Positions 38,341 to 47,191 of a stretch of DNA of 64,000 bases are shown in pieces. Within the stretch, counting starts at the first letter, position 1; each line of letters begins with the position of its first letter. The translations under genes and the position numbers were made by a program. Location: contig JAEOTE010000027.1 in assembly GCA_016839945.1 (NCBI GenBank), positions 1 to 64,000 of the forward strand, in the 5' to 3' direction. The notes below the pieces were generated by a model. That model had not been told where the DNA came from and ran no database searches. It worked only from the letters and a program-made list of their open reading frames with translations. Source of the stretch: Candidatus Heimdallarchaeota archaeon (GTDB lineage: Archaea; Asgardarchaeota; Heimdallarchaeia; Heimdallarchaeales; Heimdallarchaeaceae).

Positions 38341-38814
38341 ATGTCTGAAAAAAAGAAAAGAATCGCAATAATAGCTTCTAAAGCTGATATTCCTGGAGCT
38401 TATCCTCCCTTATTATTAGCTACAACAGCAGCTGCAATGGACTATGAAGTAAGTATATTTTTCACATTTTTCGGTTTAAATCTACTGAAAAAAAAGAAAT
38501 TGAAGAAAGTAAAAATAACACCTGCTGGTGAAACTGCAATGCCAATGCCAATTCCTCAAGTCGTTGGTATGTTACCTGGAATGACAGCAATGGCAACCAA
38601 AATGATGAAAAGCTGGATGAAAAAGGCAAATGTAGCAACTCTTCAAGAGTTAATGGACATAGCAATTGAATCAGGTGTTGAGCTTATAGCTTGTGAAATG
38701 ACAAAATCAGTAATGCGAATAAAGGATAAACAGCTTATCGATGGGTGTACACCTGGAGGAGCTGCAACTTTCTTAGAATATGCATCTGAAGCAGAAATAA
38801 CACTCTTTATCTAG
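38341..38814 (+). CDS. DsrE2 (DrsE_2) family sulfurtransferase
   Basis: AYPPLLLATTAAAM, FFTFFGL, ACEMT, GAATFL. Confidence 0.9.
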   Translation: MSEKKKRIAIIASKADIPGAYPPLLLATTAAAMDYEVSIFFTFFGLNLLKKKKLKKVKITPAGETAMPMPIPQVVGMLPGMTAMATKMMKSWMKKANVATLQELMDIAIESGVELIACEMTKSVMRIKDKQLIDGCTPGGAATFLEYASEAEITLFI

Positions 38815-38822
38815 GTGATTTT

Positions 38823-39191
38823 TTGACACAAAAAGTTCTCATTATGGTCACTTTTGGGGAAGATTATCCTGATAGACTAGAACCCCCACTTCATTTGGCA
38901 ACCTTAGCTTCTACTCTTGATGCTGAAGTACAGATGGTGTATACTGCTAGCGGTGGTTTATTGCTTAAAAAAGGAAATGCTGAAAGAATCATCCCGATGG
39001 AAGGGAAAGAACCATACATTGAGCATGTTAGACAAGTGAAGGAATTTGGTGTAAAAATCTTTGTTTGTACTCCAACTTTAGAAAGATATGGATTAACTAG
39101 AGCCGATTTCATTGATGAAGTTGATGACATAGTTGGAGGAATGTACGCAATTACTGAAGCACTTGATTCTGATGTAACTTTTACATTCTGA
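38823..39191 (+). CDS. DsrE/DsrF-like protein
   Basis: PLHLA.LA, LLKKG.AE, GVKIFVC, C-terminal TFTF; TTG start after AGGTGA. Confidence 0.85.
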   Translation: MTQKVLIMVTFGEDYPDRLEPPLHLATLASTLDAEVQMVYTASGGLLLKKGNAERIIPMEGKEPYIEHVRQVKEFGVKIFVCTPTLERYGLTRADFIDEVDDIVGGMYAITEALDSDVTFTF

Positions 39192-39192
39192 T

Positions 39193-39609
39193 GTGAAGAA
39201 AATGACTTTTTCTCTTTCTTCCTTTGAATCGGATGATTTAACTTGTTTTGATATTCTAAAGGTTTATTATGCTCTTACAAATATTGAGTTAGAGATACTA
39301 TCTGCAGTTCATATAAATCAACCTATAGATATTAAGGGAATTACTGAAATAATCCCAAAAGATAGGACTACAATTTCAAGATCAATTAAGAGATTGATGA
39401 GTATTGGTTTTGCAAAGCAAGATAGAATTTGTTTAGAAAAGGGAGGTTACAAATATCTTTACTCAACTCTATCAATAAAGGAAATTAGAGAAAAAACCAC
39501 TAAATTAATTGAAAGGATAAACAATAGAATGATTAGTGCTATATCTCAATTAACTGAAGAGAAATGTATACAGATTTACAAGGAAATAGAAGAAAAATAT
39601 CCCAAATAA
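39193..39609 (+). CDS. wHTH transcriptional regulator (COG3355/TrmB-like)
   Basis: LTCFDIL...LTNIE, KDRTTISRSIKRL, GGYKYLY. Confidence 0.85.
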   Translation: MKKMTFSLSSFESDDLTCFDILKVYYALTNIELEILSAVHINQPIDIKGITEIIPKDRTTISRSIKRLMSIGFAKQDRICLEKGGYKYLYSTLSIKEIREKTTKLIERINNRMISAISQLTEEKCIQIYKEIEEKYPK

Positions 39610-39671
39610 TAAATTCAGAACTAAAAGACTAATTTGTTATTTTTCATTTTAATCATTTATGCTTATTCAAA

Positions 39672-40568
39672 TTAGGTATAAAAGAGGGATAAGGATTTAA
39701 CTAATTGAGCATGAAATTTATTTCTTCTTGAGAACGGAATATCTAATTGATATCTTTTTGTGAATAGTTTTTGGAGTTCTTTATGCTCATCATAATATTT
39801 TCCAATTACCCAGTTTGCATGTTCTTTGAGAAGTTTTTCATACTCTTCTCTGACTATTAAATATATATACCAATCTAGATATTTTTCCTCTTCTTCTGCA
39901 ATTTTTGTTATTTTTGATTGTAGATTGCTTATTTTTACTTTATCTAAATATACTTCTTCTTTTGAGAAAAAGTAGAGTAAATTATGTACTAAGAATTTAT
40001 TACAATTTTCATCAGAATAGCTTATTAAGGAAAAATCATATGAAGCTTCGAAGGGTATAGCTTTATCAACAAGACTTACTAAATCTATTAAATCTTTAAG
40101 TTCTAAATCAGGTTGAACTATTACACGCGGTTCTATCATAGCAGCAACAATCAGTTCTCTAAGTGTTTTCATTTCTATTTTATCTAGTATTTCATTTTTC
40201 GATCTTCGAAAAGCATCTTCTTCTAACAATCCAGGTTCTTCGTTTATATCATCAAACAATTTTGTATGAGTTAAAGGTGAGGAATAGAAATTAAGTGAAT
40301 TGAAGTTGTATTCTTCAGAAGGAATGATTAGACTATGTGACAGAGCTTTTGGTCTCCCATATTGATCAAATCCGTCACTTCTAACTAGTTTCACAATGAT
40401 ATTTCCTGATTCATGAGTATATTTTGAAACATATTTAAGATGAGGATGTTCCTTTGTTGAAAGTTCTGGCATAAAAACAATAGAATCTTTGGATAATTCT
40501 TCAGGTAAATCAGATAGAAAGATATGATAACCCACATTATCGTCTCTTCTTGCTATAACTTGGAACAT
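39672..40568 (-). CDS. GAP1-N2/DENN-like protein
   Basis: GY near the N-terminus and D-x-x-G-R-P...S-H-x-L motif, followed by an alpha/beta domain (IP...DFSLISY). Confidence 0.5.
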   Translation of the reverse strand: MFQVIARRDDNVGYHIFLSDLPEELSKDSIVFMPELSTKEHPHLKYVSKYTHESGNIIVKLVRSDGFDQYGRPKALSHSLIIPSEEYNFNSLNFYSSPLTHTKLFDDINEEPGLLEEDAFRRSKNEILDKIEMKTLRELIVAAMIEPRVIVQPDLELKDLIDLVSLVDKAIPFEASYDFSLISYSDENCNKFLVHNLLYFFSKEEVYLDKVKISNLQSKITKIAEEEEKYLDWYIYLIVREEYEKLLKEHANWVIGKYYDEHKELQKLFTKRYQLDIPFSRRNKFHAQLVKSLSLFYT

Positions 40569-40668
40569 CTATGTCTACTTAAGTTTAGTACAAATTTAAT
40601 TTTTGTGATATTATTTTCATTAAAGTAGTTTCAAAATATTCTTAAGTATTGATTGGAAAAAATATTCA

Positions 40669-41700
40669 ATGTCTGAAAATCCACAACTCTCTGAATTGCT
40701 ACTAAGAATTGAAGATTTAATAATAGAAAATAAAACAAATGATGCTATAAAAATCCTTGAAGAAAGACTATTAGAATTCGAAGATTGTTCAGAAATTTTT
40801 AACGCATTGGGTGAGTTATACTTGATGGAGAACAATGCAAATACTGCATTAAGATATTTGAACAGAGCACTAGAATTAACCCCGGAAGATTTGGATACTT
40901 TAGAGCTTCTTGGGGATGCTTACAATTCAATAGAAGAATACAATCAAGCCAAAATCTCATGGATTAAAGTCATTGAAATAGACTCACGAAAATACAAAAT
41001 CTGGCAAAAGTTAGGAGTGTTGTACTATGAAACTGGAGAGTACGTAAATGCAAATCAAGCTCTATCCAAATTTTTAGAATTCGAAGAAGATGCAGAAATT
41101 TATAGCTTATTAGCTACAATCTTCCAAAAGATGGGAAATGAAATAGAGTGTTGGAACAACCTGATGAAAGCTGAAGAAATTGATCCCACTAATGACAGAA
41201 TACTTGTCCAAATAGGTCAAACATATTTTGAGCTTGATAATTTTGATAGGGCTGTTGAATACTTAATCAAAGCTTCAGAAGCTAATCCATCCAACTTGTC
41301 TGCTTGGTTTCAACTAGGAAAATCTTATACAGAAAAACAAAGTTTCGTACAAGCAATAGAGTCATTCTATAAAGTTATAGAAATTGATCCTGATAATGTG
41401 CTTGGATACTATAACTTAGCAAAAATTTACGCTGCTGATGCAAAAATCGAAGACGCTATCAAGTATTATAAAGAATGTTTGAACCATGATCCTTCTTTTG
41501 AAGATGCTTCATTATCCTTAGCTTCCCTTTATTGGGCTTCAAAAGAATTTGAAAGTGCATTATCATTGCTCCAAGAAGCTCTTCGATACAATGAAAGTAG
41601 TCAGATATTTCGTTTGATAGGGGACATATTTGAAGAGCTGGGAGAGATAGAAAAAGCTCAGAACAGCTGGGAAAGAGCATCAAAATTAGAAGAGGGATAG
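40669..41700 (+). CDS. TPR-repeat protein
   Basis: About 9 canonical 34-aa TPR units (LG..Y...A...Y.K..E.DP). Confidence 0.93.
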   Translation: MSENPQLSELLLRIEDLIIENKTNDAIKILEERLLEFEDCSEIFNALGELYLMENNANTALRYLNRALELTPEDLDTLELLGDAYNSIEEYNQAKISWIKVIEIDSRKYKIWQKLGVLYYETGEYVNANQALSKFLEFEEDAEIYSLLATIFQKMGNEIECWNNLMKAEEIDPTNDRILVQIGQTYFELDNFDRAVEYLIKASEANPSNLSAWFQLGKSYTEKQSFVQAIESFYKVIEIDPDNVLGYYNLAKIYAADAKIEDAIKYYKECLNHDPSFEDASLSLASLYWASKEFESALSLLQEALRYNESSQIFRLIGDIFEELGEIEKAQNSWERASKLEEG

Positions 41701-41720
41701 CTATTTTACGTGGAGCAGTT

Positions 41721-42110
41721 ATTGAATTTACTCAAGAACTAAATGGAACCTATATGCTTTTTCTTGAGATAATTAAACCTTCTAATATTCAAATAGGAAA
41801 TAAAGAAATTTTGCTTGAAAATGGATTCTATATCTATGTCGGAAGCGCTTTTGGAGGAGGGGGATTGTCATCCAGAATTCATAGGCACCTTCGAAGAGAA
41901 AAAAAATTACATTGGCACATTGATCAAATCACTTCAAAGGACATATGTCAATTTCATGGTGTAGCTGTTTTCCCAAATGAAAAATCTGAATGTGAAATAT
42001 CTAATTCATTATCTAGAACTAACAAGATAAGACCAATCAAAGATTTTGGTAGTAGTGATTGTACACAGAGATGTATTAGTCACTTCTTTTTTGTGGAACC
42101 TGAATCTTAA
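41721..42110 (+). CDS. DUF123 / Uri-type GIY-YIG nuclease family protein (start uncertain)
   Basis: GTY (in frame, upstream of the ATG at 41754), YIYVGSA, RI.RH, LHWHID, EC, FGSSDC..C.SH. Confidence 0.85.
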   Translation: MEFTQELNGTYMLFLEIIKPSNIQIGNKEILLENGFYIYVGSAFGGGGLSSRIHRHLRREKKLHWHIDQITSKDICQFHGVAVFPNEKSECEISNSLSRTNKIRPIKDFGSSDCTQRCISHFFFVEPES

Positions 42111-42131
42111 ACTATGTGCTAGAGAGACTTC

Positions 42132-43235
42132 TCAAGCAAGTAGATGTTTATTTCCTAGGTTTACGTTCTTCAAATGTTTCTTTGCAACTCTAAAACAGCT
42201 TTCTGCTTGTTCTCTAGATGTCAAAAGCATATCAGTAAATTCAAAGTGAGGATAGAAACCTAATAATGAATAAGGAATATTTTCATTTATGGATGCAATG
42301 AAAGATGCAATATTTTCTACTTCTTCTTCATCTATATAACCTGGAACTAAGAGAGTTGTTGCATTCAATACAGGAAGCTCAAGTCGTCTTTCAAAAAATG
42401 TTTCTCCTACATATCTGAAATTCTCCAGAACCGGTTTATTATCTACACTTGTTAGAGCTTTGTGAATGTTGGTATCCCAAGCCTTCAAATCAAATTTTAT
42501 ATTTCCTCCAGAAAGTAGTGATAATTCAGCAGCTTTTTCAACATATTTTTGCTTTCCAAAACCATTCCACTCCCAACATATTCTAGCAATTCTCTTTTGT
42601 TCTTTTGCTACTTCAATTATCCTTTCAGAAGTATGTATAGCGAAAGGAAAATGTGGTTCTGGAGAACCTCCAAAATAGCATACACAAGTTATGCTTTTGT
42701 TTGTTTTATAAACATCAACTAATCTATTTGTAGAGACTTTAGCTCCAACTTTGATATTCTTATGATTCTGATTCTGACAAAATAAACAATCAAAGGAGCA
42801 ACCGTAAAAGAAGATTGAAAGATTATGATGTCCATACTCTTTTCCCTTTTTTGCAGCATATTCAGGAAAACCTGCTCCTGTTCCTGCTGGACAGAACCAA
42901 GCTGCACAACAATTACAGGGGAGGGGGTCAAGATAAAAATCTAAGATACCTTGATCGCTGCTAGGCAAAGAAATGAATTTTCCATCTTTATTATATCGTA
43001 ATCCACAGAAGCTTTTTTCGTTAAATCCTATTCCACACATATGATTACATAGTGCGCAGTTTGTATCAACACTATGTGGGGCAACAATTGGTAAATTCAT
43101 CCTTTCTCTTGCTTTTTTATGAGCAATAGAAATATATTCACCTGTTTTTTCCGGTTCTTTTCTTAGACAATCTTTGCATACTTCTAAAGTGTCAGCAATA
43201 AGACTTTCATTCCCACAAACTGCACAATTCTGCAT
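42132..43235 (-). CDS. Radical SAM protein, PFL-activase/AmmeMemoRadiSam-like, with N-terminal Cys clusters
   Basis: GCSFDCLFCQN, YFGGSPEP, KFDLKAWD, TLLVPGY; N-terminal CxxC...CxxC and C..C...C...CGLR. Confidence 0.9.
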   Translation of the reverse strand: MQNCAVCGNESLIADTLEVCKDCLRKEPEKTGEYISIAHKKARERMNLPIVAPHSVDTNCALCNHMCGIGFNEKSFCGLRYNKDGKFISLPSSDQGILDFYLDPLPCNCCAAWFCPAGTGAGFPEYAAKKGKEYGHHNLSIFFYGCSFDCLFCQNQNHKNIKVGAKVSTNRLVDVYKTNKSITCVCYFGGSPEPHFPFAIHTSERIIEVAKEQKRIARICWEWNGFGKQKYVEKAAELSLLSGGNIKFDLKAWDTNIHKALTSVDNKPVLENFRYVGETFFERRLELPVLNATTLLVPGYIDEEEVENIASFIASINENIPYSLLGFYPHFEFTDMLLTSREQAESCFRVAKKHLKNVNLGNKHLLA

Positions 43236-43348
43236 TTTTTTACTTCGTTCAGAGAGAAAGAACATCTGAAGAAACATAGAAATTCTACTTTGTTAATGTT
43301 GCGATTACTTTGAGAAAATTTATTTACTAGCACTTCAATCAACTTATT

Positions 43349-43744
43349 ATGGCTCACACAGTTGTAGTTATTATACTAAACATCGTTTTCCTCTACATTT
43401 CTGCAGCTATTCTCTGTTCAATAATGTTTAGAAGAGATGCTAAGAAATGGAGCTGGCTTAACCTAATAATAGCAGGAATCTGTACTTTGGTTTGGGTATT
43501 CGCTCTGAATCTCCCATTAGGTAGTGCAGCTATAATTACATTCGGAATTATCTTCTTCCTGATTTGTTGGGGACTATGGGTATTAGTAGGCGGTATTTCA
43601 GAGAGAAGATCTGTATATGCAGCAGCAGGTACTCTAGTAATCTGGTTTCTGATAAGTTGGGTTTTTATGGTAATAATGACCCTTTTCCAAATAACATACT
43701 TCTCAGTTGCAGAATTTCCAACCTTAATACCATGGTTACCATAA
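43349..43744 (+). CDS. Small 4-TM membrane protein
   Basis: Four hydrophobic helices. Confidence 0.7.
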   Translation: MAHTVVVIILNIVFLYISAAILCSIMFRRDAKKWSWLNLIIAGICTLVWVFALNLPLGSAAIITFGIIFFLICWGLWVLVGGISERRSVYAAAGTLVIWFLISWVFMVIMTLFQITYFSVAEFPTLIPWLP

Positions 43745-43753
43745 ACGGCTAAA

Positions 43754-45124
43754 TTAGGAGAAAAAGAGAACGAAATCTTCAAAATTCAATGGATAGGATA
43801 ATCTATTTTCTATCCCTTTTTCTTCTGCATAGTTACTGATTATAACTCTTTTATTTGCACATAGTTTTGAAACTAAGAAAATTGCATTTTTAAAATAAAC
43901 ATGATTTACTAAACATTCAATATGATTAATTTCTTCTATTTTCTTTATGTTCAACTTTGATTTCCAATCTTCACATGGTCCCCCACAATAATATCTAATT
44001 GGACATTCCTTACATTCTAAAGTAAATATATCTTTTGATTTTTTAAATTCAGTAATGTTGTTAGAAAATAATCCTTCAGACATTGAACCTATCTTATATT
44101 TCTCAATACCAATTAATCCAGAGCATGGATAAAAATTCATATCTGGGCTAATGGCAATTTCATTCTTTCCTGCTAAACATCTTTTATAATATCTCTTTCT
44201 AGAGATTATTCTGTCAATGAATCTAGCGAGATAATCAGATGAACCAAGTTTATAAAGAAAATCTAGTAATTCCTCTTCATTTAATGATAGAAGTTTCTCT
44301 ATTAGTTTTACTAGTTCAAGTTTAAAATCCGAAACTGATTTTTCTGTCCATGGTATTTTGGAATTTGGTGTAACTCTAACAGGTCTCATTGAAACATAAT
44401 TGAATGATTTCATATAAGTTGAATAAGTGCTGAAGAGATTAATCATTTTAGAATTTAAAGGTATAATGCAATGCTTTACAACTGTTGCATCAAATCTTGA
44501 AATATTTTTTAGTACAGTTTCAATCTGTTCTTTATTTTCAAGATCTAGTGATACATTGACATAACCATATTCATTGATGAAATCCACAAATTCATCTGAC
44601 AAACTCATTAAATTTGTTGAAGCAGGAAAGAGATAGAAATCAAAATTATATTCTTTTTTAATCTGATTAACATACCGTTCTACTTCTTTGAATAATGAAA
44701 AGTCTAATGTAATTTCACTTGTGAAAAACATAGAAACTGCTAAAGGTGTAGTTGAATTTAGTTTGTTCTTATAATCTGCAAAATAACTGATTGTACGTTG
44801 TATATCAATCAGTGATATTCTTTCAAAATCTATATGATGATAATCTCTTGAATAACAGTACCAACAATCTAAATTACACTCGAATGTTGGATTGATGACT
44901 ATGTGTTTAATATCTTCTTTTAATTCCTTAATATCAATTACAAGCTCTTTTGTCTGTTTGAAAAAATTGTATTTCTTCAATTGATCAATATTTGAAAGTA
45001 GACTATCATCTTCTAAATCCTTAACAAACCAAAACATCTGAGAGTATGGATCTAAGATAAAAAATTGATCATTAATTTCATACAAATACATATCATCTGA
45101 GGATTTGATCATATCAATCAGCAT
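43754..45124 (-). CDS. Radical SAM / SPASM-domain protein, probable peptide maturase (alternative start 45112)
   Basis: CNLDCWYC; SPASM C.AG...I..D...YPC, CKEC..RYYCGGPC...C; N-terminal RRE-like segment LYEINDQFFILDPYS. Confidence 0.88.
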   Translation of the reverse strand: MLIDMIKSSDDMYLYEINDQFFILDPYSQMFWFVKDLEDDSLLSNIDQLKKYNFFKQTKELVIDIKELKEDIKHIVINPTFECNLDCWYCYSRDYHHIDFERISLIDIQRTISYFADYKNKLNSTTPLAVSMFFTSEITLDFSLFKEVERYVNQIKKEYNFDFYLFPASTNLMSLSDEFVDFINEYGYVNVSLDLENKEQIETVLKNISRFDATVVKHCIIPLNSKMINLFSTYSTYMKSFNYVSMRPVRVTPNSKIPWTEKSVSDFKLELVKLIEKLLSLNEEELLDFLYKLGSSDYLARFIDRIISRKRYYKRCLAGKNEIAISPDMNFYPCSGLIGIEKYKIGSMSEGLFSNNITEFKKSKDIFTLECKECPIRYYCGGPCEDWKSKLNIKKIEEINHIECLVNHVYFKNAIFLVSKLCANKRVIISNYAEEKGIENRLSYPLNFEDFVLFFS

Positions 45125-45303
45125 GTTGATTCTGATTCAAGTCTTTCTTCATCATCTTGTAAAAACACAGCAACCTTCTCTAGCGCATCATCTTTTTTTT
45201 GAAATTTTCCAATAATTTTGTTATCTCTAGTGTCTTTAACAACCCACCAGTTTTCTTCGTCTTTATAGATTTCAAAATCACCACAGGTTTCCTTATCTGA
45301 CAT
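45118..45303 (-). CDS. 61-aa acidic small protein coupled to the rSAM gene (possible precursor or partner)
   Basis: MSDKETCGD...ESESTC; its TGA overlaps the first rSAM ATG (ATGCTGA). Confidence 0.65.
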   Translation of the reverse strand: MSDKETCGDFEIYKDEENWWVVKDTRDNKIIGKFQKKDDALEKVAVFLQDDEERLESESTC

Positions 45304-45415
45304 AGTATCTATCGTCAAATAAACGAATTGCTATAAATGGTTTTCTTTCAAACTTCTTGATTAAATGAGACCAACAAAAAAACTATAAGTTAGAAAAATA
45401 GTGTCATGATACACA

Positions 45416-45937
45416 ATGACTGAACGTAATTACAAAATCTCGCTTTGTGGTAATCCAGGAGTGGGAAAAACATCACTTGCTATGAGACGAGCTCAAAATT
45501 CATTCCCAGAGTCTCATCAACCAACCCTAGGTTCTAACTTTTTTATTTGGAATACACAGATTGATGCAAAGGACTTAAGACTCATAATAGCTGATTCAGG
45601 CTCTCAAGAAAGGTTTTACTCCATTCTCCCTAAATATTTTCAAGGTTCATTTGCAGCTGCTATTGTTTATGATATAACAGACAAAGAAAGTTTTGAAAGA
45701 CTTGATTTTTGGATAGAAAAACTGAAAGATAGTGTAGGAGATATACCATTCATTATTGTTGGTAATAAATTAGATCTTGAAATGGATAGGGTGATCTCAA
45801 AAGAAGACGGAGAAAAATTTGCAGAAGGATTAGGTGCAGAATTCTTCGAAGTTTCAGCAATGAAGAAAACAAACTTGAGTCAAATGTTTACAAATTTAGC
45901 ACGAACAGTCATTGATCAAGATAAAGATACTGAATGA
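45416..45937 (+). CDS. Rab-like small GTPase
   Basis: G1 GNPGVGKT, G2 PTLG, G3 variant DSGSQERF, YFQG, VYDIT, G4 GNKLDL, G5 EVSA; no C-terminal Cys tail. Confidence 0.93.
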   Translation: MTERNYKISLCGNPGVGKTSLAMRRAQNSFPESHQPTLGSNFFIWNTQIDAKDLRLIIADSGSQERFYSILPKYFQGSFAAAIVYDITDKESFERLDFWIEKLKDSVGDIPFIIVGNKLDLEMDRVISKEDGEKFAEGLGAEFFEVSAMKKTNLSQMFTNLARTVIDQDKDTE

Positions 45938-45970
45938 GATTAAATTTTACTAATTTGAGGAGAATCAAAG

Positions 45971-47191
45971 ATGGAAGAGCTTGAAAAAATGGAAAATCTC
46001 TCTACTAACTTACTTATTACAAGTATCCCATTTGTTGAAGCTGATTTAGGACTTTTCACAACTGTAATTATGACAGGAGATGAAGTAACACAAGATGTTT
46101 CAACAATTATGCAACTAGAAGAAGCTAAAGAGAGTATTAACATTCTAGATGAGTTTCCTGATAAAGAAATTATTTTCAAATCTTCAAAATATGAGTTTAT
46201 AGATACATCTGAAGATAAAAGAAAAACACCTAGCCTCTATATTATTAAACAAGATTACAATGAGATTTCTTTACTAAACATCATAGTTAGTCCAATTTCT
46301 GAGCTAAATATAACAAAAACTTCTGAGGTAATTGATTACATAGCTCAATCAACAGCTGGTGTTTTTAGAAGAACTGATACATTAAGAAACAATGACAGTT
46401 TATCTGAAGAAGAACAACAAGATGAGTTGAGAAAGAACCTTCGAGATCTAGTTGAATTTTACCAATGGCAGATATTAAGTGAAGAGAGTCTTCAGAAGAG
46501 CACTGAACAAGGTGTTCAGGCTCCGATGATAACTAATTCCCTATTACTAAAAGCAGAGATTATCAGAGATCAAGTTCAATGTATGGGGGGTTGTGGTAAG
46601 ACTTTTAGCAAAGAAACAGCTCCAGCAGGAGTTCAATGTGAGTGTGGAGGAGAAATTGTGATTACACCACCTTCATTAAATTTAGCAAAAGTTTCTTATG
46701 TTTACCCAGAAGGATTGAAAGAAATAATTAACAATGAAAATGCTATAACTCCCGAGAGCTTATTGATGTATACTAAAGAATCCATTATGTCTCCTAAATT
46801 ATTAACCTCATTAAACCAACTTTCTTCTTTGAAATTTCATGATTTTATCTCAATACCATCAATGATAGGATATAAATCTAAACTTACTAATGATCTTATT
46901 AATGTTCATCTGAATTATTTTCTAAGTAGTGAGGATGAGATTTATATTTTCACTTGTACAACTGACACTAGATATAGCGATCAGAGACTTGTTTCTGCAG
47001 TATCTTTACCAGTCATTATGAGAGCGTTTCAGTCAAATTTCCAAGGAGAAAATAACTGGAAAGAGGTTATACAAAGATCTGAATTAAAGGATTGGATAAC
47101 TACTCCATTTGTGAAAATAAAAACATTGAATCAATTCTCATCTTTATCAGATATCTTGGCACTTGAAATTAGGAGTGATAGCAATGAGTGA
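45971..47191 (+). CDS. Hypothetical protein with internal zinc ribbon, possibly two longin-like domains
   Basis: CMGGC...CECGG; SD-like GAGGAG upstream; directly downstream of the GTPase gene. Confidence 0.7.
   Translation: MEELEKMENLSTNLLITSIPFVEADLGLFTTVIMTGDEVTQDVSTIMQLEEAKESINILDEFPDKEIIFKSSKYEFIDTSEDKRKTPSLYIIKQDYNEISLLNIIVSPISELNITKTSEVIDYIAQSTAGVFRRTDTLRNNDSLSEEEQQDELRKNLRDLVEFYQWQILSEESLQKSTEQGVQAPMITNSLLLKAEIIRDQVQCMGGCGKTFSKETAPAGVQCECGGEIVITPPSLNLAKVSYVYPEGLKEIINNENAITPESLLMYTKESIMSPKLLTSLNQLSSLKFHDFISIPSMIGYKSKLTNDLINVHLNYFLSSEDEIYIFTCTTDTRYSDQRLVSAVSLPVIMRAFQSNFQGENNWKEVIQRSELKDWITTPFVKIKTLNQFSSLSDILALEIRSDSNE

Noticed and set aside
43393-43782. 129-aa minus-strand ORF, and other short ORFs nested antisense in long genes (e.g. 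2294-2638, 16143-16481, 32037-32324, 53608-53883)
   Set aside because: They overlap better-supported genes on the other strand and carry no motifs.
45040-45124. Selenocysteine readthrough of TGC-TGA at the end of the small ORF
   Set aside because: The TGA is explained by overlap with the rSAM start; another TGA follows after two codons, and no SECIS was recognised.
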